Origin: Rebecca billardiae RCC1528
Taxonomy: Eukaryota; Protista; Haptophyta
Direction: 5' to 3'
Assembly (NCBI GenBank): GCA_965240325.2
Contig: OZ251224.1
Coordinates: 2,232,001-2,296,000 of the forward strand
Length of the DNA: 64,000 nt
Below the pieces are notes generated by a model. That model worked only from the letters and a program-made list of their open reading frames with translations. It was not told the DNA's origin and did no database searches. A program made the translations under genes and the position numbers. Of the stretch, positions 47,651 to 58,649 are shown piece by piece (within the stretch, counting starts at the first letter, position 1; each line of letters begins with the position of its first letter).

Positions 47651-50600
47651 TCCCGGGAGCTCGAGGCGCTGCGCGAGGTGGCGACGCCCATCGTGCTCGA
47701 GGCGATGAGCGACGCCGTCGGCCCTGTGCGCGTCCGCCTCCTCCGCTCCGCGCCGGCCCTCGCCTCGTTCCTCGGCGCGCGCCGCACGGATGACCTGTTG
47801 CTGCCGCTGCTGATAGCGCTGCTCAACGAACACAGGCTGTCTGTGGTGCGGGTGGCGTTCTTCGAGAGCATAGACCTGGTGGGCGCGGTGGTCGGCCCGC
47901 TGAGCGTCGCCGCGTTCATGCTGCCGTGCATCCTGCAGGCGCTCGCCGACGTCGACGAGCGCGTCGTCACCGCCGCGCTCGTGTGCCTCCGACGTCTCGT
48001 GAGCTCAGGGCTGTGCGCGCTCGCTGCTCGACTGGAGGTGTCGGCCAAGGCAGCGCCGCTGCTGTGCCACCCGAACGCGTTCGTGCGGCTCGCGGCGATC
48101 TCGCTCGTCGGCGCGCTCAGCGCCGCGCTCGACGCGGCCGACGTCCTCGCCTTCCTCCTCCCGCTCCTGCGCCCGCTGATGCGGCCGGACGCCGCCGGTC
48201 GCGCGGGCGCGGGCGCGCTCGCGTCGCCGCGCGCGCTCGCGGACGCGCTACGGCCGCCAGTGAGCCGCCGCGGCTTTGACCGCGCGCTGAGCCTGGCGGT
48301 GGTCGCGACGCACGACTCGGCGAGCGCGCTCGGCGGCGGCGGCGGCGGCGGAGCCCGCGGCGCCGAGGGCGCAGCCGCCGAGGCCGCGGCCGGCACGGCT
48401 CTCAGCTCGACGCGCGACCCGGGCGGTGGCGGCGGCGCGGCGGCGGCCGCGCCGGGCGCGCGCGTGGGCTCGAAGGGGCAGGCCGCGCTGGCGCTGCCGC
48501 CGAGCGCGTTCGAGGGGCTCACCACCGAGGACAGCCACACGCTCAAGGCGATGGGCGCGTACGTGCGCGCAGCCGCCCTCTCCAAGCTCGCGCGCGCGCG
48601 CATGTGGGAAGGGGACAATGCGGCGCGACTCCATGCACCGCCCGGCGCGGGCGGCGGCGCCGAGCTCGAAGCGTACGCGTGTCTCTCGCGCACGACGCCT
48701 GTGCACGTGCTGCTGCCCGCGCGGCGGCGCGAGGCGGCGGGCGCGGCGGAGCGCGGCGAGGCGCCGACCCCGGGCCCGCGCGCCGGCGCGGAGGTGGGCT
48801 TGGCCGGCGGCGCGGTCGCCGCCGACGCCACAGACTCACCCAAGGCCGATGGCAGCAGTGCGGCGGCGACGCGGCGGGCGGCCGTGCCGGCGGACGGCGG
48901 AGCCGGCGGCAGCGTGGGCACGGCTGCACACGCGCCCGCCCGCCCTGCGCACGCGGGCGGCGCGCAGCCGCCGCCGCCGTCCGCAGACAACGGGCCCACT
49001 CGCACAGGGGCGCGCGGCGGCGGCGGCGCGGCCCCGACCGGGCCAACAGCCGCCCGCGCGCGCCCGGCTGTTGCTCCCAGCGGCGGCGGCGGCGGCGGCG
49101 CTGGTGGCGGCGGCGGCGGCAGCCCGCACGTGCGCACGGGCAGCAACGGCGGCGGCGGTGCGCTCGCCGAGTGGAGCGCGACGAACGCGCTCTTCGGATG
49201 CGGCGCGAGCGGCGCCGCGCACGGCACGCCCCCCGCGGGCCGAAGCGGGGGCGCGGCCGCGCCCGCTGCGCGCGCCACCGGCGCGCTTCGTGGCGCGCTG
49301 CCAGGCTTCGCGGCTGTGGTCGCCGCCGCCGCGTCGGCGCGCACCGCCGTGAGCGCCCTACACGCGCACGGGCAGGAGGTGGCGAATCGCGACGCGGCGA
49401 TCGGCCTCGGGGCGCTCGGCACCGACGGGCACACCGGCGGCGCGGCCGCCGGCTGCGCGGAGCGCGGCGCGCTGGGCGGCGGCGGCGGCGCGGGCGGCGG
49501 CGCGGGCGCGGGCGGCGCGGCGGGCGGCCGAGTGCCGCCGCCCAACGGCACTGCGGGCGGGGCGAGTGTCAGCCGCGCGGGCGGCGGCGGCGCTGGCCCC
49601 GCCGCCACGCCCGCCACCCCTCCTGCGCCGCTCCCAGCGAGCAGCTGCTCCCTGTCGGCAAGCCTTCTGGTGCACGTCTCACCTGCGGCCGCGCTCGGCG
49701 GCAGCGGCGGCATGACTGGCGCGGGCTCGGCGCCGGTGTCGCTGCCCACCCTCGGTCAGCCGCCCGCCTCCCTGCCGGGGAAGTATTGCTCCGTGGGGTG
49801 GCGCCCGCGCAGGCCGGCGGGCGTGCTGGTCACGCAGTGGCGCGCGCACGCGGGCTGCGCGAGCGCACTCGGGATCACGGCCGATCACTCGCTGCTGGTG
49901 AGCGGCGGGGCTGACGGGGTCGTCCGGCTGTGGCCCACGTCGGGGCTCGGGCGCGAGATGGTGCGCACAGCGAGCGCCGCGCGCGCCCTCGGCGCCTCCG
50001 GCGGCGCCGGCGGCGCGGGCGCCGGCGGCGCCGAGCGCGCGCAGCCGGCGGTCGCCATTGCCGCGTGGGCGGGGCGCAGCGGCGCGCACCGGCTTGCGTG
50101 TGCCGGCCGAGCCGGCGCCCTCGACTTGCTCGAGGTGCGGGCCGGAGGCATCACCGCGCTGCAGCACTCCGGCGCGGACGCGGCCGAGCGCGGGGCGGCG
50201 GCGCCGACGCGGAGTGCCGGCGGCGGGCCGGCGGTGGTGCGCGCGCTGTGCGCGATCGACAGCGCCGCGAGCGCCGAGCCGCTGCTGCTGACCGCCGATT
50301 CGCTCGGCCAGCTTCGAGCGCTCGACCTCCGGCTCCCGCCGTCTGCGCCGCCCGCGTGGACGGTTCCGATCCCGCCGGCGGACGGCCTGCCGACGGCGCT
50401 GGCGCCGCACGGCGCGCGCGCGGCGTGCTGGCTGCTCGTCGGGACGACTCGAGGCCGGCTGCTGCTGTGGGACCTGCGGTACGCGCTGCGCACGGCAGCG
50501 TCGAGCGTCGCGGACGGCGCGCCGGTGTGCGCGCTGCTGCCGACCGCGCCGGCGCGCGCGACGGCCGCGCCGACGGCCGTTGTGGGCAGCGCGGACAACG

Positions 50601-51196
50601 TCGTCGCTGTCTGTGACGTGGGCGCGCCGGGCGGCGCGCAGGGCACGCCGCACGCCGCGCGCGCGCGGCTGCTCCTGCGCGCGCGCGACGTGGTGGCGCG
50701 CGCGCCCGCGCGCACGGACCACGGTTCTGAGCCCGAGCCTGCGGGCCGCGCCGCCCCGCCGGCCGCGCCCACACCAGTGGACAGCCTTCGCTGGGTGGAC
50801 AGGGGCGCGCTCCGGCACCGCGTGAGCGCGCTGATTGCGCCGCCTGACGGCTCGTGCGTCCTGAGCGCGGGCACTGACGGATACGTGCGCTGCTGGGACC
50901 TCGACGCCGCCGAGGCGTCGCACGTCGTGTGCGGGCCGAGCACCGAACGCACCGTCACCTTCCGCGCGGGCGGCGCGGTGCTCGGCGGCGGCGCTGGCAG
51001 CGCGCGCCCGAGCAGCATCGACGAGTGCGAGCTCAGCCCGCCCGCGCGCCGGCCTGCGTACCAGCGCGCGGCGGCCGAGCGCGCGGCCGAGGCGAGCACG
51101 CACCACGCGCCGGTGCACGACATGCTCTTCACCTCGGTGCCGCACGGCATGATCGTGACGGCCGCCGCCGACGGGACGATCAAGGTGTACGCCTGA
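45203..51196 (+). CDS. VPS15: VPS15 / PIK3R4, PI3K class III regulatory kinase (kinase - HEAT - WD40)
   Basis: MGQQLS myristoylation start; LGGGRFMKT, YLMRQY, EKRWLAFQLL, CHGDIKSEN, DDNPS.FSFFY.SSGRRTCYVAPER, DVFSAGC, HEAT region with LCHPN..VR, WRP.GVLV, terminal DGTIKVY. Confidence 0.93.
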
Positions 51197-51633
51197 CGGC
51201 TGACGAGAGCATGCGCCCTACAGTACTGCTCCGGGGCGTCAGTGCGGCCAGTAGGGCGCGCACGCGCCGGCTCAGAGGGCGGACGGGCCCGGCCAGCGGT
51301 CGACGCTGCTTCGGGCTCAGCGGAGCTCATCAATCATCATCAGGCCCGATCCGGGCGGCGCGTCCGTGAATCCGGTGATGACGAACTCTCGGATGGCTCG
51401 TGCGACGTCCTGAAGCTCCGCCGCGGGCCCGGGAGCTCTGCTCGGACTCGGGACTGCTGCCGGATGGAGCATGACCGCGGATGACCGCTGGTCCCGGCCC
51501 CGGGCACCCGGGCACCCGCTGGGGCGCGCCCGCGCCCACGGGCTGATCATTCACTGATCACTGATGACTCGTCAGTTACAGATTTACAGGCGCTAAGTAA
51601 CTACGACTACTGTCGTAGTCTCTCTCATCTGAC

Positions 51634-51654
51634 TCTCTCCCTCCCTCTCCCTCT

Positions 51655-51722
<68 letters not shown>
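51634..51722. repeat. (CT)n microsatellite
   Basis: Directly visible. Confidence 0.95.
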
Positions 51723-51724
<2 letters not shown>

Positions 51725-52106
51725 ACGTCATCATCATTCATCATCGATCATATCAACGACAACGTCACGCGCGAGTGTGCGACGACTCACTGCTCCGACA
51801 ATGCTGAGTAATCGGACTCGATTAGTAGCAGCAGTCGTCGTATCGCGCGTCTTCGTCGAGTTAGCAGTTAGGACGAGGACGAGGTCCGGGTCGAGGCGGA
51901 AATCGTCGCGATCATCGCGTAGCTACTAGTATATAGATAGCTGCTAGAGTTACTGCCTTGTCGGTGGCCGAGTGTGTGTCGTCAGCATACATATGACGAC
52001 GACGCACTGGGACGACCACGAGCAGTCACGACGACGACTACCGGTGCTGATGCCGCATCGCCAGCATGAATTAACGCGCGCGACGACGAGTGCTGCGCCG
52101 CCGCCG

Positions 52107-55100
52107 CTACATCTGCGCGAGCCCAGCGGCCATTGGGGGCGGCGCACCAGTGGCGCTCCCGCGACGCGTCGCGCCAGCGGCGCTCCCGCGGCGCACGCCG
52201 GCAGCGCTCGGCCGGCGCGAGCCCGAGCGGCTCGGCGCGATGCCCTCCGCACCGGCCTCGGCCAGCAGGCTCATGTCGGGCGGGCGCGCGTCCTCCGCCG
52301 CGGCGGCGGCCGCCGCGGCCGCCTGCCGGTCGACGACGTGGACGTGGTCGTACCCTCGCACGATGGCGGAGGCTGGGCGTCGCGTGAGCCGCAGCATGCG
52401 GAGCGCCTCTGGGTCCGACTGCATCATGTGCATCGCCGGGAGCGTGTGCGCGTCTGGGCCCATCAGCACGGCCGACGGCGTCTGCGACTCGAAGCGCATC
52501 TCGGCGAGCACGCCGATGCGCGTGCGGAGCAGCCCGCTCGAGTCGACGCGCGCCGGGACGGCTTGCGACGTGCGCGCGGCCGAGCGGCGGCGGTCCGCGC
52601 GGCCGTGCCCTGGCGTGTGCGCGTGCGCGCGCGCGGTGCTGTCCAGCGACGGCACCTGGAATTGGTACGCGTGCGGCGCCTCCTCATCCTCGTCGTCGTC
52701 GTCATAGCTCGTCGGCTCATCGCCGCCGCCGCCGCCGCCCGCGTCCCACGAGCCCGCGCGCCTGCGCTCAGCCAGGCCTGGGCCGAGCGCGCTGTCAAGT
52801 GTCGTCCCGGCGACGGTGCCGCCGCCGCGCGCCGCCCGCGCCGCCCGCGCGCCACTCGCGGCCGACGGGGCCGCGCCTCGCGCGGGAGGCCTGGGCGGGG
52901 GCGGCTTGGCCGCGCGCGCCGCTGGCGGCGCCGCCGGGCGCAGCACGTGCACGCGCTCGCCCCAAGCCGGCTGCGCGTCGCCCCTGCCGCGCCGCGCGGG
53001 CGCGGGCTGCGCGGGCCGCGCCGGCTGCGCGCGCCGCGCGGTCGGCGCGCTCTCCGGTCGGTGCCGCCCTGGCGGCGGCTGCTTCCGGACGAAGGGGGCA
53101 GGCGGGCGCGGGGCGCCGGCGAAGACGGCGACGGCGGCCGGGGGCGGCGACTCCGCGCGCGCCTCGGCGGGCGGCCTCGGCGCGGCGTGGTGCGTCGAGA
53201 GCGCGTGCATCTGCGCGCGCGCCACCGCGCGCCGCAGCGAGCTCGGAAGCGCGTGCGCACCAGCCTCCACCCGCCGCTCCCGTTCGGCGCGCGCGCGGCG
53301 CAGCTGGTGCGCGACGCGCTTGACGGTGCGCTCGTGCGCCGAGAGCGACGAGCTGAACGCGCCGTCGATGCCGCCGGCGACCGCGCTCCCGTCGGCGGCC
53401 GGCGCGGCCGTGGGACTGAGCGAGCCGTCCAGCTGCGGCGTCTCGATCTCGGCGCCGAGATCAGCCTCGGGCGACGCCGAATCGCGCAGCGCGGCGAGCG
53501 CGCCGGTCGGCAGGTTCATCCGCGCGCGCCACGGCTCGAACCAGACGGTGATGCGGCGGAAGTCGTCGTGCACGCGGTCGTTGAGCACGGCCTCGTGCGC
53601 CTCGCGCGCCTTCACGTACTTGCCGTAGTACTCGGCGGGCGTGCTCGCGCGCGGCACAGACCAGTAGGATGCCACGCGGTGCGGCGCGGCGCGCGTCGGC
53701 GCGTCGGCGCGGCGCGTCGGCGCGTCAGACGGCTGCGAGGGCAGCGCGTGGCGCGACGGCTGCGACGACGGCTCGGCGGAGAGACCGCTCGGCGAGTGCG
53801 GCGGCGAGCCGTGCGCGTACCGCGGCGACGGGTACGGCCGCGGCAGCGCGCCAAGACCGTGGCAGTCGGGCGGCATAGCGGCTAGCAGCTCGGCCAGAGC
53901 GCGGCGGTGTCGCTCGTCACGCTCGGCGGCCGCGGCCGCGTCGACGACAGCCTGCTGCTGCCGGCGGCGCATCCGGCGGATGTACCGCCGCGCGTACGAG
54001 GAGAGCACGAACGCGGCGCGCAGCTCGGCCTGCGCCCGCAGCACCGCCTGCTCGCGGCGTATCATCTCCAGCTTCGCCAGGCGCAGCAGGCGCGCGCGCC
54101 GCCGCGCCGCGTAGCCTCGGCCGGCCGCCTGGAGCATGGTGGCGGCGCGAATGCGCGCGCGCGAGAGCAGCACACGCCGCGCGCGCTCGGCGGCGAGGGC
54201 GACGAGGAAGAGCTCCGGGCGCAGCACCGTGTGCACCACCTGCGGCGACGGGTGGCCGTGGCCGCCCGGCCCACCGCCGCTCGCGCCTCCGCCCTTTGAG
54301 AGCCTCGCGCGCCGACCGGAGAGCCACGGCTGGTGGTGGCCGTCGTGGTGTGTGCCGCCGCCGCCTCCGCTGGTGCGGCCGGTGCCGGCGCCCATGCGCC
54401 CGCCGAGCTGCGAGAGCCTGCCGCCGCCGAGCGCGCTCGCGCTCACCGCCTCGACCGACTTGCCCCGGTTGAACGCGGGCCGCTCGAGGTCGGCTGCGAC
54501 GCCCAGCAGGCCCCCAGGTGGCGCCGACTCCTCCGGCATCGAGTTGCGCGCGCGCCGAATGCTGTCGCGCCTCGGCACGCCAAGGCCGGTGCTGCGCCCG
54601 CCGCCGCCAGCGCCACCGCCCAGCCGCGCGTCGAGCGCCGGGCTGCCGCCGAGACCGGCAGCGGGCGCCTCGTCGTCCCCAGCCGCCTCCTCCAGCGGCG
54701 TCGGGAGCGGCCGCACTTGTTGGGCGCGGCGACCGGTGGGCGACGCCGGCGGGGCGGCAATGCGCAGGCCCGCCGCCTTGGCCGTGTCCGCCGCCGAGAG
54801 CCCCTCCGCCGCGCCGCTGCCTGCGCCGCCGCCGTGCGCCGCCGCGTGCGACGGCTTGCCAAACGACGCCCTGCCCGACCGGCGGCCGGACGGCGAGGGC
54901 GCGCGCGCGCCCGCACCGTCGGCGCTCGGCCACGTCTGGGCAATCTGCCGCCCTGGCGTGCTCGGCGAGACGCCGGGCGTGCTCTCGGCGGAGGAGCCCG
55001 CAACGCTCGCGGCGGCCGAGCCCTCCCTCGAGCCCGTCACGCTGCCCGCGCCACCCGCGGACAGGAACGGTGGCAGACGCCTGCCGAGACTGAGCCGCTC

Positions 55101-56822
55101 GGCCGTGGGCGACGGGAGTGGCGACGGTTCGTGCGACGGCGCCTGCGAGTTGCCAAAGACGAGGCCAAGGGCCTCCTGCTCCGCCTGCGTGCGCCGCGCC
55201 TCGACCTTCGCCGCCTTCACCGTCGAGCGCGCCAGCATCGCCTTCGCGCCGGCGCTGAGCACGATCGCCGCCTCGCGCATGGCCACGTAGCGCGCGCGCA
55301 CCGCGCGCCTCCGTTCCATCGCCTGAACGAGCAGCGCGGATGCCGTCTGCAGCGCGCGCAGCCGGCGCTTGGAGTGGTCGCCCACGACGCCGACGTCGAG
55401 GAACGCGCGCCAGCGCCGCTGCACCTGCCGCGCCGCGCGGTGCAGCCCCGCGAGCCGCTCCGCGGGCAGCTGGCCCAGGTCGTCGAGCCACGCGGCGAGC
55501 GAGGCGGCGTCGGCGGCCCTCGCCGCGCGCCCGCGCTGCTCGGCGGCCGCCGCCTGGCGCTCAGCGTCGGAGGCGGCCGAGCCCGCGCGGCTGCGCCGGC
55601 GGAAGGAGCCGCCCGCCGGGCGCTGCGACCAGCCGAGCAGCGCGAGCACGCGCGACGCGCCCTGGCTGAACCTCGGCTCGTGCGCGAGCCGCGGGTCGGT
55701 CGTGTCCGAAATGTCGCGAAGCCGAAGCTCGAGGCCGTGCGCCTCGCGCAGCCGTTCGCGCAGCGCGCGGCGCGCGGTCTGGATGTCGAGGGCGAGGAGG
55801 CGCGAGCCGAGCTCGAGCCCCGCGAGCAGGGGCTTCCCCGTCGCGCGGCGCAGCTCCATCGCGAGCACGTCCGCCAGCCCCTCCTCCACCTCCTCGAACA
55901 GCTCGAGCGCCTCGTCGCCCGCGAGGCGCACGAGAACACCGAGTGCGGAGACGCCTGCCAGGTGCAGCCGGGAGGCGCCGGCGAGCTGGAGCTCGCGCGC
56001 GCGCGCGCGCAGCGCGTCGAGGATCGTCGGCGCGAGGTACACGCGCGACGCCTCGCGCACCAGCTCCGCCGCCTTCGCGTCCTCGGCGACGGCGCTCGCG
56101 ACGGCGACGGAGCTCACGCGCGGACGCATCTGCTGAGTGTTGTCGCGAGCGGGCGCGTCGGCGGGCGCGCCGGCGGGCGCGCCTGTGCAGGGCGAGGGCG
56201 CGTACGGGGTGTGCGCCTGCGGCTTGAGCGCCGCCTCGAGCGCCGCCTGGTGCCGTGCGCGCATCGCCGCCTCGCGCTGGCTCAGCGTGCGCTCGCAGTG
56301 CACGAGCAACGCCTGCAGCCGCAGCTCGCGCTCCTCCTTCGACCACTGCGCCGCGCCCGCGCGGTGCACGCCCTCGAGGGCGAGGAGGTCGAGCGTGTCG
56401 CGCGATATGCTCAGGTTGTCCGGGCCGAGGATCGACTGCAGCGACGTCGCGATCCGATGCAGCGACGGCCCGTGCTCCGACGCCCACGTGTCGATCTCCG
56501 GATCATGCGCCTGGTGGTATCGCTCGACCATGGACGTGCGCGCGCTCGCTGGGCCGGAGGAGTCGGCGCCCGCGGAGGAGTAGGACACGCGGCGGACGGA
56601 CAAGGTACTCCCGGGCCGCGAGCGCGTCCGGTGCGAGAAGCTCGCGGACTCTCCGGGGCTCGCCGTGGACGGTGTCGGCGCGCCGCGCGGTGAGGTGAGC
56701 AGCGAGCTCGTGCGCGGCACCCGCGCCGAGCGCGCGCCGTCTCGATCGCGCGAGTCGTCATCTGCTGCGTGGCCGGGAAGGGCCAATCGGTTCACCTCCG
56801 CCGCCGCGCGGTGCGCGCTCAT
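52107..56822 (-). CDS. Large uncharacterised IQ-motif protein
   Basis: Long ORF with GC3 bias; IQ-like AARQVQRRWRAF, AATMLQAAGRGYAAR, AAFVLSSYARRY. Start placed at MSAHRA; hidden in-frame introns possible. Confidence 0.7.
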   Translation of the reverse strand: MSAHRAAAEVNRLALPGHAADDDSRDRDGARSARVPRTSSLLTSPRGAPTPSTASPGESASFSHRTRSRPGSTLSVRRVSYSSAGADSSGPASARTSMVERYHQAHDPEIDTWASEHGPSLHRIATSLQSILGPDNLSISRDTLDLLALEGVHRAGAAQWSKEERELRLQALLVHCERTLSQREAAMRARHQAALEAALKPQAHTPYAPSPCTGAPAGAPADAPARDNTQQMRPRVSSVAVASAVAEDAKAAELVREASRVYLAPTILDALRARARELQLAGASRLHLAGVSALGVLVRLAGDEALELFEEVEEGLADVLAMELRRATGKPLLAGLELGSRLLALDIQTARRALRERLREAHGLELRLRDISDTTDPRLAHEPRFSQGASRVLALLGWSQRPAGGSFRRRSRAGSAASDAERQAAAAEQRGRAARAADAASLAAWLDDLGQLPAERLAGLHRAARQVQRRWRAFLDVGVVGDHSKRRLRALQTASALLVQAMERRRAVRARYVAMREAAIVLSAGAKAMLARSTVKAAKVEARRTQAEQEALGLVFGNSQAPSHEPSPLPSPTAERLSLGRRLPPFLSAGGAGSVTGSREGSAAASVAGSSAESTPGVSPSTPGRQIAQTWPSADGAGARAPSPSGRRSGRASFGKPSHAAAHGGGAGSGAAEGLSAADTAKAAGLRIAAPPASPTGRRAQQVRPLPTPLEEAAGDDEAPAAGLGGSPALDARLGGGAGGGGRSTGLGVPRRDSIRRARNSMPEESAPPGGLLGVAADLERPAFNRGKSVEAVSASALGGGRLSQLGGRMGAGTGRTSGGGGGTHHDGHHQPWLSGRRARLSKGGGASGGGPGGHGHPSPQVVHTVLRPELFLVALAAERARRVLLSRARIRAATMLQAAGRGYAARRRARLLRLAKLEMIRREQAVLRAQAELRAAFVLSSYARRYIRRMRRRQQQAVVDAAAAAERDERHRRALAELLAAMPPDCHGLGALPRPYPSPRYAHGSPPHSPSGLSAEPSSQPSRHALPSQPSDAPTRRADAPTRAAPHRVASYWSVPRASTPAEYYGKYVKAREAHEAVLNDRVHDDFRRITVWFEPWRARMNLPTGALAALRDSASPEADLGAEIETPQLDGSLSPTAAPAADGSAVAGGIDGAFSSSLSAHERTVKRVAHQLRRARAERERRVEAGAHALPSSLRRAVARAQMHALSTHHAAPRPPAEARAESPPPAAVAVFAGAPRPPAPFVRKQPPPGRHRPESAPTARRAQPARPAQPAPARRGRGDAQPAWGERVHVLRPAAPPAARAAKPPPPRPPARGAAPSAASGARAARAARGGGTVAGTTLDSALGPGLAERRRAGSWDAGGGGGGDEPTSYDDDDEDEEAPHAYQFQVPSLDSTARAHAHTPGHGRADRRRSAARTSQAVPARVDSSGLLRTRIGVLAEMRFESQTPSAVLMGPDAHTLPAMHMMQSDPEALRMLRLTRRPASAIVRGYDHVHVVDRQAAAAAAAAAEDARPPDMSLLAEAGAEGIAPSRSGSRRPSAAGVRRGSAAGATRRGSATGAPPPMAAGLAQM

Positions 56823-57107
56823 CGGCGCGAGCTGCGTGCCCCTGTTGGGCGAAGAGCGGCCCCGCAGCCCGCCACGACCCGGCGTGCTCGCCGCTGGAAA
56901 CCGCTCGCTTGCTTCCGAGCGAGCGAACGTCATGATCAAGACAGTCGTCAACCAAGGGCCGTGCGTCAACGTCAGCATACTTCAAAGCGGTTTTCCAGTT
57001 TATTCTCCGTGTCGTCAGCATCAAATCATTCGTCGAATCGTCGTCGAAAGTTGAAACAGAACTTACGGTACGAGCCCGGTTGGACCGGCTGTCGTCGCGC
57101 AGGCGTA

Positions 57108-58505
57108 CTATCTCAGCTCGTCGTGGCCCAGCCCGCTGCGCTTGTCCGCGTGCTGCGCGGCGCACTGGCCGCACGAGCGCGGGCAGTTGGGGCGCATCCA
57201 GCCGGGGTTCGCCTCGCAGTGCCCCTCGGCCGCCCATGAGCCACATGCCTCCTCGCGGTCCACGCAGCCGTCATCGTCGGGGCAGCGGCCACACGAGCGC
57301 GGGCAGTTTGCGTCCATGTACGGCCCGTTGCGCCGACACTCTCCCATCCGGGTCCAGTGCATGCACGTGCCGTGCCTGTCGACGCAGCGCGTGCGCACGT
57401 GCAGCTCGGTCGTGCCCCAATCGCGCAGCGTGCGCTTCGCCAGCAGCGCGTTCTCCGCGAGCGTGTGCCCCTCCGTCTTCAGGTCCCACGCAAAGAACGT
57501 GTGCGACAGGTAGCTCTCCTGCTGCATCTCCTCGCCCGGCTTGAGCACGGCGAGCTTGTGCGCGGAGGTGCCGGTCGCCCACCACAGCTGCACGTCCGAG
57601 TGGTGGTGGTTGACGATGAGCACCTTGGTGCGCAGCCGCGCCCACACCCAGTCCGAGAACTGCCGCCACGCGCGGTGCGTCGCGGGCAGCACCTCGTGCT
57701 CCTCCAGCCGCTTCCCCTTCGCCACGTAGATGATCTGCGGGCAGCGGTCGGCGGACGGGATGTAGCCAAACGCGGCGGCGAGCGGGCTGCCCGCGTGCAG
57801 CTCGGCGATGTAGGTCTGCAGCAGGTCCTCCCACCAGAGCCCCGAGCCCATCGCCGCGTTCGACCACCCGGCGAACGGGTACGGGAACTGCAGCGTGTAC
57901 TTGAGCAGCCGCTTGCACTCGGACGAGCCGCTCGAGAGCGCGAGCAGCAGCGCGCGCTCCGCGATGCCGTTCTCGTCGAACGCGGTCGCGCGCAGGTGCT
58001 CGAGGGAGGACAGCTTGATCGGGCGCTCCTGCGCGCGCCGGACCTCCGGCGGCAGGTACGGCTCGTACGTCCGGTGCGAGCCCGACGACCAGCTCGAGCG
58101 GTACGTCCACTGGTAGCCGCCGCCATGGCCGCCAAACCCGCCGCCGCCGCCGCCAAACCCGCCGCCGGTCCACCAGCTCCAATCGTCGCCCCGGCCGCCA
58201 CCGCCGCCACGACCGCGCGCACCGGTGCCGCCACCCGCGTCGTACTGCCGCCTCGCCACGGGGTCGGACAGCGTCTCGTACGCCTCGGCGATCTGCCTGA
58301 ACTGGTCGGTCGCCTTGGCCTCCTCGCCGGGCGCCGCCTTGTCCGGGTGAGCGACGAGGGCCTTGGCCCTGTACGCGCGCTTGATCTCCTTGAGCGAGGC
58401 GCCCTTCTTCAGCCCGAGCACCTTGTAGTAGTCCACCGCGCACACCGAGGCGCAGAGGACCAGAACGACGAGCGCGCACGCGCGCCGGCCGCGGTTGACC
58501 AGCAT
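57108..58505 (-). CDS. ER-type DnaJ protein: signal peptide - J domain - G/F linker - unknown domain - VHL-beta-like domain - 2x ShKT - HDELR
   Basis: DYYKVLG...IKRAYR..AL..HPDK...F..IAEAYETLSD...R..YD; CVDRHGTC..W...GEC..N..YM..NCPRSCGRC plus a second ShKT; ends GHDELR*. Confidence 0.88.
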   Translation of the reverse strand: MLVNRGRRACALVVLVLCASVCAVDYYKVLGLKKGASLKEIKRAYRAKALVAHPDKAAPGEEAKATDQFRQIAEAYETLSDPVARRQYDAGGGTGARGRGGGGGRGDDWSWWTGGGFGGGGGGFGGHGGGYQWTYRSSWSSGSHRTYEPYLPPEVRRAQERPIKLSSLEHLRATAFDENGIAERALLLALSSGSSECKRLLKYTLQFPYPFAGWSNAAMGSGLWWEDLLQTYIAELHAGSPLAAAFGYIPSADRCPQIIYVAKGKRLEEHEVLPATHRAWRQFSDWVWARLRTKVLIVNHHHSDVQLWWATGTSAHKLAVLKPGEEMQQESYLSHTFFAWDLKTEGHTLAENALLAKRTLRDWGTTELHVRTRCVDRHGTCMHWTRMGECRRNGPYMDANCPRSCGRCPDDDGCVDREEACGSWAAEGHCEANPGWMRPNCPRSCGQCAAQHADKRSGLGHDELR

Positions 58506-58649
58506 GGCTGCGGTCGCGATCGCGCGGAGACCACTTCTCCATCCGGACTTTTCATGCAACAGGAAAAGCTGCTCCCGGATTAGAGGCCATGCACAATCGG
58601 GCCGCAAATTCGTGTCGAAACGCCCGGCCGGGCTGTGCGTGGGCGTGAG

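Noticed and set aside
24085-56693. Many long Arg/Ala/Pro-rich antisense or alternate-frame ORFs (e.g. 24085..27108, 33893..36715, 46135..49749, 54333..56693)
   Set aside because: Expected in very GC-rich coding DNA with few stop codons; each overlaps a recognisable gene and has no domain motifs.
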